Positions 18,260 to 28,044 of a stretch of 64,000 bases of DNA are shown here, one piece after another. How positions within the stretch are numbered: the first letter of the stretch is position 1; each line of letters opens with the position of its first letter. Made by a program: the position numbers and the translations under genes. The notes under the pieces are model-generated. The model was not told the origin of the DNA. It ran no database searches and saw only the letters and a list, made by a program, of their open reading frames with translations. The stretch lies in the IMG/VR virus record IMGVR_UViG_3300042868_012858, positions 9,570 through 73,569 of that record, one strand, 5' to 3'. The stretch is from a virus.

Positions 18260-18960
18260 TGGTTATAGGAAATGGAATGTTGGCAAAGGCTTTTGGTTCA
18301 TATATAAAAAACGAAAACGTTATTATATATGCATCTGGTGTGTCCAATTCCGCTGAAAATTCCGATGAAAACTTCCAAAGAGAAATAAATTTACTAAAAA
18401 GTTGTATTCAAGAAAATACAAATAGTTTAATAATATACTTTAGTACGTGTAGTGTGAACGATGATAGTTTAAAAGATACTAAATATGTTCAACATAAAAA
18501 ATTCATAGAAGATTATATTCAAAAAAACGCACAAAAGTTTATTATTTTCAGGCTACCGATAGTAATTGGACATACAAAAAATAATTTCACGCTATTCAAT
18601 TTTTTAAAAGAAAAATTATCTTCAAACCAAGATGTGTTCATTCAAAAAAATGCATATAGATATTTAGTTGATATAGAAGATATTTCAAATGTTTTATCTA
18701 GAGTTATAGATTCTGGAGAATTTTCAAATTCTATAATTGATGTTAATTTTAGCAAGAAAATCAGTGTATTGGAAATATCTAATATTATCAAAAAAGAACT
18801 ACAATCAAATTCAAAAATTAGCATAGTAGATGGTGGCGGTTCTTATTATGTAAATGATTCACAATTAAATGGTTTTATTTCCAATAAAAAAATAAATTTT
18901 CCTGAAACATATAACGAAGAAGTATTAAAAAAATATTTAAAAAAAACAATCGAAGTATGA
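18259..18960 (+). CDS. NAD-dependent epimerase/dehydratase-like protein
   Basis: IGNGMLA, YFSTCS, YVQHK (YxxxK), FRLP. Confidence 0.75.
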   Translation: MVIGNGMLAKAFGSYIKNENVIIYASGVSNSAENSDENFQREINLLKSCIQENTNSLIIYFSTCSVNDDSLKDTKYVQHKKFIEDYIQKNAQKFIIFRLPIVIGHTKNNFTLFNFLKEKLSSNQDVFIQKNAYRYLVDIEDISNVLSRVIDSGEFSNSIIDVNFSKKISVLEISNIIKKELQSNSKISIVDGGGSYYVNDSQLNGFISNKKINFPETYNEEVLKKYLKKTIEV

Positions 18961-19844
18961 TTAATCAATTGAAGTTTAAGATAAATGAAAACAAAATAGA
19001 CTATGAGTCTATAAAATCAAACGCAATAATCAACTTGCTAAATGATGAAGAGTTTGATGTCAATATTATAATTGGTTGCAGAGGAAGAAAGAATTTTACT
19101 ATGCCACTAATAGAGAGTTTTGAAAATGCGATAAAAAATACTCCAAATAAAAAAATCACTATTACGTTTGTGGATCATAATACATTTCCAGAGCATATGA
19201 AGCTTGTGAAAGGAAGAGCTAGTTATATGTGGACAGAAGGTAATGTGTCCGACCAATATAGTAGAAGTTTTGCTTATAATTTTGGTGTTAAATATGGAAA
19301 TAATGCTAAGTTCTATTTACTGCATGACTTGGACATTTTAGTCAAGGAAAACTTTTTTAACGAGCTTTTTGAAAACCTAGGAGAACAAAAGTGTATACAG
19401 CCATACGGAGGTAGAAGAGTTCTATATATGTCTGAAAGCTTAACTAAAAGAGTTATAGAAAAAGAAATAGATTATAACAATTTCAATCAAGATTCTCCAG
19501 AAGTTAGCTTACCTATGTTTAATGGTCAACCTGCGCTTGGGTCAAAAGGCGGATCAATCTTTATAGAGAGAGAATTGTTTGAAGAGGTTGGTGGTTTTGA
19601 TCCTGAGTTATTTTGGGGGTATGCTGCAGAAGACCAATTTTTTTGGGAGAAAGTTAACGCTGTTTCAAAAGTCGGGTTTGCAGATAGTCCTTTAGTAGAT
19701 ATGTTTCACATGTGGCATCCACCTTCTTATGTTACAAATCCATTGCTTCATATTATGGAAAATGATTGGATTATGTTTAAGAATTTAAACACAGAAGAAA
19801 AGATGGAAATAATTAATCTAAAAAAGAAATTATATGCAGAATAA
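18957..19844 (+). CDS. GT-A glycosyltransferase (GT2/GT7-C-like)
   Basis: HDLD, GGFDPELFWGYAAED, FHMWH. Confidence 0.8.
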   Translation: MINQLKFKINENKIDYESIKSNAIINLLNDEEFDVNIIIGCRGRKNFTMPLIESFENAIKNTPNKKITITFVDHNTFPEHMKLVKGRASYMWTEGNVSDQYSRSFAYNFGVKYGNNAKFYLLHDLDILVKENFFNELFENLGEQKCIQPYGGRRVLYMSESLTKRVIEKEIDYNNFNQDSPEVSLPMFNGQPALGSKGGSIFIERELFEEVGGFDPELFWGYAAEDQFFWEKVNAVSKVGFADSPLVDMFHMWHPPSYVTNPLLHIMENDWIMFKNLNTEEKMEIINLKKKLYAE

Positions 19845-20727
19845 GGCTTTTATATTCACAGAATCTTATGGGTGTGGTCTAATATTAAAAAAATGTTTAG
19901 AATCTTTTTTTAGGCATCATCCCGATACTATAGTTCACGTATTTGGTACTCACAAAGACTTTAAAGAGTTGGGTAAATTCAAAAATGTAGAATATATTGA
20001 ACTGAGTGAAGATTTGGAGCTTAAAGAATGTTTTAAGCATGGTCACCTAGGAACTGCTCACATAGGAGCTAGGGTCATAAAAGAATTTTCAAAAGGATTT
20101 GATTACATCATTCATTTTGATAGCGATGTAATATTTCAAAAAGAATCTCTTTCTTTGTTGTACGATAAAATTGATGAAGGATACGATTTAATAGGACCTG
20201 TTAGATGTTATAAAAATAATATGAATGGTAGAACAGATTTGTCTGAATTATCAGATGTTTCTCAAACATATTTTTATGCGTTTAACAAAACAAAAATAAG
20301 CGACTATAGTTTTGTTGATTTAAGAAATATGATTGTTGGTTTTCACAATCCTTTGAATCATCCAATATTAGATTACTTTGATCCTGTTTCTTTTGATATT
20401 TTAAAAAATGGAGGTAAGTCTTATTTTCTAAATGTAGATTTGGTTGGAGGTTTAACTCTTGAGGGAAACAGAAAAAATAAATATGAAGAATTGAATAGCG
20501 ACATGGATTTCGGAGAAAACCTAATGCATTTTGCTGGAGTCGGATCTGGAATGAAATTTCATTTTCAAGGGGCAGAGCAAACAAATCAATCATATGTAGA
20601 TTGGGCTCTTAAAAGATTTGCTTTGTATTACAAATTATTTTATGGAATTTCTATAGATAATGTTGAGGTTGATGATAAAAAGTTTGAATTACTAAAAAAA
20701 GAAATCGATGAAACAGCTAATTGTTAG
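19834..20727 (+). CDS. Putative GT-A glycosyltransferase
   Basis: IHFDSDV (DxD), MHFAG; operon context. Confidence 0.65.
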   Translation: MQNKAFIFTESYGCGLILKKCLESFFRHHPDTIVHVFGTHKDFKELGKFKNVEYIELSEDLELKECFKHGHLGTAHIGARVIKEFSKGFDYIIHFDSDVIFQKESLSLLYDKIDEGYDLIGPVRCYKNNMNGRTDLSELSDVSQTYFYAFNKTKISDYSFVDLRNMIVGFHNPLNHPILDYFDPVSFDILKNGGKSYFLNVDLVGGLTLEGNRKNKYEELNSDMDFGENLMHFAGVGSGMKFHFQGAEQTNQSYVDWALKRFALYYKLFYGISIDNVEVDDKKFELLKKEIDETANC

Positions 20728-21508
20728 CAATATAGATCCGTCTTGGCCTAATATAGAAGTAGAATACGCTAAACCTATAGAATTGTTTATTGATAGTCTT
20801 AATGGATATAATCCAGCTAAAAATTCTTTTAAGATTTTATGGGTAAAAGAAATGGAGGCTATTAGTAATTTTAGGAGCACAGCTATAGATAATAAAGATA
20901 AGTTTGATGCTATTCTGACTTATGATGAGGAAATATTAAAACAATGTGAAAATGCACACCTGATGTTATTTGGAACATCCTGGGTGCACAACTATAATTT
21001 TTCTGATAAAAAATTTCAAGTATCTCATCTTACTGGTCATAAAAACTATGCAGTCGGACATAAACTTAGACAAAAAATTCATTATAAACAAAATAGTATA
21101 AAAACGCCAAAGGATTTTTATATTAGTAAATATGGAGGTGTGGAAAATTTTGCTAATAACAAAATCTTGGGTGAACAAAAAGAGCCTTTGTTTGATTCTC
21201 AGTTCCATATTTGTATAGAAAATTCTCAGCAGTCCAATTGCTTTACTGAAAAAATTATGGATTGTTTTGTAACTAAGACAATTCCTATTTACTTTGGTGC
21301 GCCAAATATCGACAAATACTTTGACATAAATGGCGTTCTTGTGGTGAATAATTTTGAAGACATTTTAAGCGTATGTAATTCATTGACCGAAGAAGATTAT
21401 ATTAGTAGGATATTTTCTGTAGAAAAAAACTTTGAATTAGCTCAAAAATATATTACTATTGTTGATAGACTTAAGAGCGTAATAATTAATATAATTGAAA
21501 AAAAATAA
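20708..21508 (+). CDS. GT10 (alpha-1,3/4-fucosyltransferase-like)
   Basis: FHICIENS...FTEKIMDCF..KTIPIYFGAPNI signature. Confidence 0.85.
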   Translation: MKQLIVSNIDPSWPNIEVEYAKPIELFIDSLNGYNPAKNSFKILWVKEMEAISNFRSTAIDNKDKFDAILTYDEEILKQCENAHLMLFGTSWVHNYNFSDKKFQVSHLTGHKNYAVGHKLRQKIHYKQNSIKTPKDFYISKYGGVENFANNKILGEQKEPLFDSQFHICIENSQQSNCFTEKIMDCFVTKTIPIYFGAPNIDKYFDINGVLVVNNFEDILSVCNSLTEEDYISRIFSVEKNFELAQKYITIVDRLKSVIINIIEKK

Positions 21509-21514
21509 AATAGT

Positions 21515-22231
21515 ATGGACAAAAATAAGCCTTTAATAACTATTATTATACCTTGTTATGAGATGAGAGGTGAGGGTGTGTCGTTTTTAAACTTTTCTCT
21601 TGAAAAAATCTACTCACAAAGCTATAAAAATATAGAAGTGTTGATTTCAGACCAATCAAATAATTCAGATATTTTTGAAGCCGTTAAAGCTTGGGATAAA
21701 AAATTAAACATCAAATATTTTTTGAATACAGGATCAGAGAAGAGTTCATCATCAAACTTAAATTTTGCCCTGAAAAAAATATCCGAAGAAACAAAGTATG
21801 TCAAATATTTATTTCAAGATGATTTCTTGTTAAACGAAGAATCAATTCAATTGACAATAGATTCTTTAGAATTAAATCCAGATAAACATTGGCTTGTAAG
21901 CTCTTGCTACCATAGTAATAATGGTCAAGACTTATATTATCCTTTTGAACCGTATTTTTATGAAGACATATTTTTGGGAGAACCTAATTCTATTAGCGCA
22001 CCATCTGTATTAACGGTAAGAAGAGAGGCTGCAATAGATTTTGATAAAAATTTGATATGGCTAATGGATGTTGACTATTATAGACGACTTTATGATGAGT
22101 TTGGAGAGCCAATTATATTAGATAAACACACTGTAGTAAACAGAACTTGGGGAGGTCAAGTTGGAAACAATGTAAGTGCAGAAACACAAGAAATAGAAAA
22201 AAATATTGTAACAGAAAAATTTAAAAAATAA
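21515..22231 (+). CDS. GT2 glycosyltransferase
   Basis: IIIPCYE, SDQS, LFQDD, WLMDVDYY. Confidence 0.85.
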   Translation: MDKNKPLITIIIPCYEMRGEGVSFLNFSLEKIYSQSYKNIEVLISDQSNNSDIFEAVKAWDKKLNIKYFLNTGSEKSSSSNLNFALKKISEETKYVKYLFQDDFLLNEESIQLTIDSLELNPDKHWLVSSCYHSNNGQDLYYPFEPYFYEDIFLGEPNSISAPSVLTVRREAAIDFDKNLIWLMDVDYYRRLYDEFGEPIILDKHTVVNRTWGGQVGNNVSAETQEIEKNIVTEKFKK

Positions 22232-22233
22232 AA

Positions 22234-22803
22234 ATGGAAAAAATTGAAGACATATTCAAACAAAAATGCTTAATAAGTAATGATATAAATGAGCATTTAC
22301 CTGTATTAAAAAAATATACAGAGGATTGTGATGTAGTGGTAGAAGCTGGAGTTAGAAGTATTGTTTCTACTTGGGCTTTTTTAGCTGGCAAACCTAAAGA
22401 GTTAATATCAGTAGATATAATACACCCATCTACCTACATTAACCACGACCCTAGTGGTTGTAACATTAATTTAGTAGAACAATTGGCGCACGAAAATGAC
22501 ATTAATTTTAGATTTATGTTAGGTAGTACTCTAGAAATTGAAATTCCTGAATGTGACCTTTTGTTTCTAGACACTCTCCATAATTATAGCCAGTTAAAAA
22601 AAGAGCTAGAACTGCACTCAAATAAGGCTAAAAAATACATCATACTGCATGATACAGAAAGTTTTAAAGATAAAGGAGAAACCAATAATGAAGACGGCAT
22701 AGGAAGAGCTTTAGATGAATTTTTAGAAGAGGGAAATTGGGTAATTAGAGAAAGGTTGACAAACAACAATGGTTTAACTATTTTAGTTCCAAAAAATGCT
22801 TAG
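22234..22803 (+). CDS. Class I SAM methyltransferase (Methyltransf_24-like)
   Basis: VEAGVR, DLLFLDTLH, ILHDT. Confidence 0.8.
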   Translation: MEKIEDIFKQKCLISNDINEHLPVLKKYTEDCDVVVEAGVRSIVSTWAFLAGKPKELISVDIIHPSTYINHDPSGCNINLVEQLAHENDINFRFMLGSTLEIEIPECDLLFLDTLHNYSQLKKELELHSNKAKKYIILHDTESFKDKGETNNEDGIGRALDEFLEEGNWVIRERLTNNNGLTILVPKNA

Positions 22804-23428
22804 TCTGAAAAATGTAACTTTAGTGGCAGTAACCTCAATAAAGATTGATGAAACAATAAATGCGTTAGAAAAAAGTTGTCAATTTATTGATTTTTATGAT
22901 GTAAAATTAATTACAGATAAAAATATTGTTCACGAAAAAATAAAAACAGAAAAATGCAACCCTATCAATAACATAGATGAATATAGTAGATTTATGATAT
23001 ATGACTTAAAAAATCATATAGAGACAGATTTTGTATTAGTGATTCAATATGATGGATTTGTAATAAATCCAGAGTGTTGGGATGATATTTTTTTTGAATA
23101 TGACTATATTGGAGCTCCGTGGCCTAAAAATAAGTTTTTTAATGATGACAATGTAAACATAAGAGTTGGAAATGGCGGTTTTTCTTTTAGGAGTAAAAAA
23201 CTTTTAAACCTCCCGTCCGAACTTAAAATTCCATTTCTCCCCTATAAAGGGTATTATAATGAAGATGGGTTTTTAACAGCTGCCCATAGAAAAACATTAA
23301 TAGAGAACGGAATTAAATATGCACCAGTTGAAATTGCTGGAAAGTTCTCAAAAGAACTAGAATGTGATGATGTGCCTAATCAGAAAACCTTTGGTTTTCA
23401 TAAAGAAAACTTAAACTTGTATTTATAA
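22796..23428 (+). CDS. DUF5672-like GT-A protein
   Basis: QYDG, YDYIGAPW, VGNGGFSFRS, NEDG, FGFH. Confidence 0.8.
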   Translation: MLSLKNVTLVAVTSIKIDETINALEKSCQFIDFYDVKLITDKNIVHEKIKTEKCNPINNIDEYSRFMIYDLKNHIETDFVLVIQYDGFVINPECWDDIFFEYDYIGAPWPKNKFFNDDNVNIRVGNGGFSFRSKKLLNLPSELKIPFLPYKGYYNEDGFLTAAHRKTLIENGIKYAPVEIAGKFSKELECDDVPNQKTFGFHKENLNLYL

Positions 23429-23429
23429 A

Positions 23430-24050
23430 ATGTCAATAACAAAACAAGAAATAAAAAACCTAATAAATAACAGCGCTCCTGTTATTTTTGAAATAGGGTG
23501 TGCAGACGGGATAGATACTTTGGAATTTATCAACACATTTAATGAGTCATCTTTTAAACTATTTTGCTTTGAACCAGATCCTAGAAACATAGAAGAGTTT
23601 AAAAAGAGAGTAAGTGATTCTAGGGTGTTTTTGCATGAAATAGCAATTGGAGACAAGGACGGCTTAACAACATTTAACCAATCCTCTACAATATATTCAT
23701 CATCTTTAAAAAACCCAAATATAGAAAATATTCAAAAAACATGGCCTATGATAAATTTTGAAAATAGTTTTGATGTAATTGTTACAACTATAGATAGTTT
23801 TATCAAAGACAACTCAATAGAAATTGTAGATTTTATTTGGGCGGATGTGCAAGGCGCTGAGGATTTAATGATATCGGGAGGGAAAAATTCTCTCATTGAT
23901 AAAGTTAGATATATGTATACAGAATATAGCAATGTAGAATACTATGAAAATGAACCAAGTCTAAATAAAATCATTGAACTTATGGGTGATAATTGGGAAG
24001 TTGTACAAGTTTTTGCAGCAGATGTTCTTTTAAAAAACAAAAATTTATAA
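23430..24050 (+). CDS. FkbM-family methyltransferase
   Basis: FEIGCADG, CFEPDP, DFIWADVQGAE. Confidence 0.88.
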   Translation: MSITKQEIKNLINNSAPVIFEIGCADGIDTLEFINTFNESSFKLFCFEPDPRNIEEFKKRVSDSRVFLHEIAIGDKDGLTTFNQSSTIYSSSLKNPNIENIQKTWPMINFENSFDVIVTTIDSFIKDNSIEIVDFIWADVQGAEDLMISGGKNSLIDKVRYMYTEYSNVEYYENEPSLNKIIELMGDNWEVVQVFAADVLLKNKNL

Positions 24051-24054
24051 AACC

Positions 24055-24759
24055 ATGATACTATACGATAGCAGTAAATTAGACCGATTAAAATACAAAT
24101 TTGAAGGGTGCGAAACAATAGATAGAAATTATTCGCAAGCTTATCAGGATATGTTTGTATTAACAATGTTAAACGGTAAAAAGAATGGAACATATTTGGA
24201 AATAGGCGCTATGGATGCCGTGTTTATTAATAATACATTTCTCTTAGAGAGTAGGTTTGGATGGAGAGGTCTATCTGTAGATATAGACCCGTCATCTAAA
24301 GATACGTTTGTAAACAATGGCAGAAAAAATGATTTCATACTAGGAGATGCCCTTGAAGTAGATTATGATAAATTCTTTCAAGATAATAATTATGGTAGCC
24401 GAATAGATTTTCTCCAAGTTGATGTCGAGCCACAATCTCAAACATTAGCTTGTTTAAAGAAGTTGCCTTTTGACAAATATAGATTCTCTGTAATAGCATT
24501 TGAAACAGACTTTTATGATAACTCAAATGGAGAAGAAGAGTCTCTTAAGAATAGGGAAGAATCAAGAGCATTCTTAAAGTCTCATGGTTATGAACTGATA
24601 GTAGGTAATATAGCTAATATTGGTCCGCTTGGAACTGATGATTTATCTCCGTTTGAAGATTGGTATGTGGATCCAACAGTAGTTGATTCTAATTTAATCA
24701 ATTTATTTAAATCATCTTCTGAGTTTAATAAATCAGCAGAGGATTTTATGTGTGATTAA
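24055..24759 (+). CDS. FkbM-like (Methyltransf_21) methyltransferase
   Basis: YSQAYQD, YLEIGA, NNTFLLE, GWRG, IDFLQVDVEP, FEDWYV. Confidence 0.78.
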   Translation: MILYDSSKLDRLKYKFEGCETIDRNYSQAYQDMFVLTMLNGKKNGTYLEIGAMDAVFINNTFLLESRFGWRGLSVDIDPSSKDTFVNNGRKNDFILGDALEVDYDKFFQDNNYGSRIDFLQVDVEPQSQTLACLKKLPFDKYRFSVIAFETDFYDNSNGEEESLKNREESRAFLKSHGYELIVGNIANIGPLGTDDLSPFEDWYVDPTVVDSNLINLFKSSSEFNKSAEDFMCD

Positions 24760-24761
24760 TT

Positions 24762-25703
24762 ATGATTGTAACGGAATTGTATAATGGTCAAGGCTTAGGC
24801 AATCAATTATGGTGTTATGCTGTAACTAGGGTTATTGCTGCTGATAACGATTTTGGTTTTGGTATAATATCTCCTGAAAAATTCAAAGGCAATAATATAT
24901 TAAATTTAGATTTCGGTAAGCAGGTTATTGGAGGTAAATCCCCAGAGGGAGGACCTCCAATAACTCTTCCGAATGGAATAGCTTCTTATTACAGGGAAAA
25001 GTACGAACAACACCCTTATTTTAGATGTGATATCTCACCATTAGACTTAAACTTAGTTAGTGTGTGCGATAATACTAAAATAGAGGGCGTCATGCAATCT
25101 GTAGGTTATATCCATCATAGAAAAGATGACATATTAAAATGGCTGAAAATAAAAGATGAGGGTAATGTTGACAATACGCATTTAGGTGAAAATGTATGCG
25201 TTGTTCATATACGTGGAGGTGATTTTAGAGGAGTTTCAGACACTATATTACCGAAGAGCTATTTTATTAATTCTATGGAAAAAATAAAGCTAGTTAATGA
25301 AAAAATTGAATTTGTAATAGTAACAGATGATGTTCAATATGCCAAGAGTATACTGCCTGGTGTAAAAATAATAGGATCATCAGAGTTTAGTGCAGAAGAT
25401 TCTTTCAAGGCTAGTCATCATTTAGGAGGACCGATTGAACACGACTACTCTATAATAAACAAAGCAAGGTATTTGATATTATCTAACTCTAGCTTTAGTT
25501 GGTGGGCAGCTTATACAAATGTTGATTTGCAATTTTTAATAGCTCCTAAATATTGGGCTAAACACAATATTTCAGATGGGTTTTGGTCAACTGATGACAT
25601 AATGACTCCAGGGTGGAACTATATTGACAAAGAAGGTAATCTTTTTAGTTATGAAGATTGTAGAAAAGAACTTGATGAATATAAAAAAATTAAAAATGAG
25701 TAA
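24762..25703 (+). CDS. GT11 (alpha-1,2-fucosyl/colitosyltransferase-like)
   Basis: GQGLGNQL, VHIRGGDF, SNSSFSWWAAY. Confidence 0.9.
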   Translation: MIVTELYNGQGLGNQLWCYAVTRVIAADNDFGFGIISPEKFKGNNILNLDFGKQVIGGKSPEGGPPITLPNGIASYYREKYEQHPYFRCDISPLDLNLVSVCDNTKIEGVMQSVGYIHHRKDDILKWLKIKDEGNVDNTHLGENVCVVHIRGGDFRGVSDTILPKSYFINSMEKIKLVNEKIEFVIVTDDVQYAKSILPGVKIIGSSEFSAEDSFKASHHLGGPIEHDYSIINKARYLILSNSSFSWWAAYTNVDLQFLIAPKYWAKHNISDGFWSTDDIMTPGWNYIDKEGNLFSYEDCRKELDEYKKIKNE

Positions 25704-26583
25704 ACCAAAAGTGTATGATTGTTTTATTTTTTTTAATGAACTTGATTTATTAGAAATAAGACTAAATATAATGAATCAGTTTGTAGACTATTTTGTTATA
25801 GTGGAATCAAACAAAACATTTTCTGGAAAAGATAAATCGTTTATACTAGAAGAAAACATGCATAGATTTTCTTCTTTTAAGGATAAAATAATTTACAAAA
25901 AAATAGAAGATACTCCAGAAGATTTTGTAAATATCAAATCTTGTTTTGATGAAAAAAATTACAAATTTGACAACCCTAAAGAACTTGAGGTTATTAAAAA
26001 CATAGCATCTTATATAGAAAATACTACTTATTGGCCGAGAAACGAAACACAGTGGGGTAGGGAAATATTTCAAAGAGAGTGTATGTTGAGGTGTTTAACT
26101 AATTGTGATGATAATGATATAGTAATGTTATCAGATTTAGATGAAATACCCAACTTAAACATTTGTAATTTTGAAGATATTTTATTAGATTTACCTATAA
26201 CTTCTAAACAGCATATGTTTTATTATTTTTTGAACTACAGATTAGATGAGATTTGGATTGGAACAAAAATATGCAGATATAGATATTTAAAAAAAGATTT
26301 TGTAAACGAAGTAAGAAGATTAAGGGAGACTGAATACTCATTACCTAATTTAGGTTGGCATTTTTCTTTCTTGGGTGGCATCGAAAAAATAAAACAAAAA
26401 ATAGAAGCTTTTTCTCACCAAGAATACAACAATGATTCTATAAAATCAAATATAGAAGAAAATGTAAAGAGCGGAAACGATATATTTGGTCGAGGAAAAA
26501 GTGTACGAAAAGTGGAGGTTGATGATTCATTTCCTCTTTTTCTAATAGAAAATAAAACAAAATATAATAAATTTTTTATATAA
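25696..26583 (+). CDS. GT17 (beta-1,4-GlcNAc transferase-like); start revised to 25696
   Basis: YDCFIFFNELDLLEIRL, VESNKTFSG, SDLDEIP, GWHFSF. Confidence 0.85.
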   Translation: MSKPKVYDCFIFFNELDLLEIRLNIMNQFVDYFVIVESNKTFSGKDKSFILEENMHRFSSFKDKIIYKKIEDTPEDFVNIKSCFDEKNYKFDNPKELEVIKNIASYIENTTYWPRNETQWGREIFQRECMLRCLTNCDDNDIVMLSDLDEIPNLNICNFEDILLDLPITSKQHMFYYFLNYRLDEIWIGTKICRYRYLKKDFVNEVRRLRETEYSLPNLGWHFSFLGGIEKIKQKIEAFSHQEYNNDSIKSNIEENVKSGNDIFGRGKSVRKVEVDDSFPLFLIENKTKYNKFFI

Positions 26584-26588
26584 AAATC

Positions 26589-27368
26589 ATGGAAAACAAT
26601 AAAATTAAATTAGATTTTTTAAAAAGGGTATTAACCGATACAGTTTATAATGATGAGGTGAGAAACTCTTTTTTTGATACAAAAGAATTCCCAGGTGTTG
26701 ATGTTATGAATAGCATTATAAACTCTTCAGTGGAAGAGAAAAGAATGGGTGGTATGGATTGGCCAGAAAGAGCTCATACTATGGTGGGAGTTAAGAGATT
26801 GAATAATTTACACGAAACTTTAGATTATATAAGAAAAAATAATATAGACGGAGACTTTATAGAAACTGGCGTGTGGAGAGGAGGGGCTTCTATATTTATA
26901 AAGCTATATAATGATTTGTATTCATTAAATAGAAATGTGTTTGTAGCAGACTCTTTTGCTGGACTACCACCTCCTGATTCAGATAAATACCCAGTAGATG
27001 AAGGTGACATCCATCACACTATACCATATCTTAGTGTTTCATTGGATCAAGTTACAGAAAATTTCAAACTATACAACGCTCTTGATGAATCTGTAATTTT
27101 TCTGAAAGGTTGGTTTAGTGACACTCTAAAAAATAATGATAACATAAAAAATTTAGCACTACTAAGGTTTGATGGAGATATGTACGGTTCTACTATGGAT
27201 GTGTTTGAAAATTTATACCACAAGGTTAATTCAAAAGGGGTGATTATTGTTGATGACTACTGCCTGCCAAACTGTGTAAAAGCAGTAACTGATTTTAGAC
27301 AAAAGAATAATATAACAAATGAAATAAAAACAGTTGATTCATGCGGGGTGTATTGGATTAAAGATTAA
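26589..27368 (+). CDS. TylF/MycF-family sugar O-methyltransferase
   Basis: HTMVG, GDFIETGVWRGG, DSFAGLP, GWFSDTL, LRFDGDMYGST, VDDY. Confidence 0.92.
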   Translation: MENNKIKLDFLKRVLTDTVYNDEVRNSFFDTKEFPGVDVMNSIINSSVEEKRMGGMDWPERAHTMVGVKRLNNLHETLDYIRKNNIDGDFIETGVWRGGASIFIKLYNDLYSLNRNVFVADSFAGLPPPDSDKYPVDEGDIHHTIPYLSVSLDQVTENFKLYNALDESVIFLKGWFSDTLKNNDNIKNLALLRFDGDMYGSTMDVFENLYHKVNSKGVIIVDDYCLPNCVKAVTDFRQKNNITNEIKTVDSCGVYWIKD

Positions 27369-27381
27369 ATCTATGTAAAAT

Positions 27382-28032
27382 ATGAAAACATTAGACGAAA
27401 TAGCCATAGAACATAAAACAGATAAATCTAGTATATCACATAATTATACAGAACATTACGCAAATCATTTTGAAAAAATAAGATTTAATAATCTGAAAGT
27501 TTTGGAAATAGGAATCCAAAATGGTTTCTCATTAAAAATGTGGAAAGAATATTTTGAGAACTCTACAATAGTTGGTATAGATTTAACGGATTTAACTCAT
27601 CTAAAAGAAGATAGAGTGGAAATAGAAGTTGGGAATCAATCAGATGAAGATTTTTTAAAAAGAGTTAGCGAACAATATGGACCATTTGATATAATAATTG
27701 ATGATGGAAGCCATAAAAGTATAGATATTAGAAAAAGTTTTTATTGTTTATTCCCACTATTAAAAAATGGAGGGTATTATGTAGTTGAAGATTTACATAC
27801 AAATTATTGGGAAAGAAATAACATCACAGAAGGTTGGTTTATTAATGAAAATTATGATACTTTCATAAATGACATTAAATTGTTTATCGACTATTCTAAT
27901 TCTAATGGTAAAAGTGGTTATGCCAATAGAAAAATGGATGATACACACGCTTTTCAAGAAATGAATTATTGGGAAAAAAATATATACTCCGTGCATTCCT
28001 ATAGAAGTATTTGCTTCATAAATAAGTGCTAA
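27382..28032 (+). CDS. Class I SAM O-methyltransferase (MycE/TylE-like)
   Basis: TDK...HNY, LEIGI, DIIIDDGSH, GGYYVVEDL. Confidence 0.8.
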   Translation: MKTLDEIAIEHKTDKSSISHNYTEHYANHFEKIRFNNLKVLEIGIQNGFSLKMWKEYFENSTIVGIDLTDLTHLKEDRVEIEVGNQSDEDFLKRVSEQYGPFDIIIDDGSHKSIDIRKSFYCLFPLLKNGGYYVVEDLHTNYWERNNITEGWFINENYDTFINDIKLFIDYSNSNGKSGYANRKMDDTHAFQEMNYWEKNIYSVHSYRSICFINKC

Positions 28033-28044
28033 TTATATTTTAGA

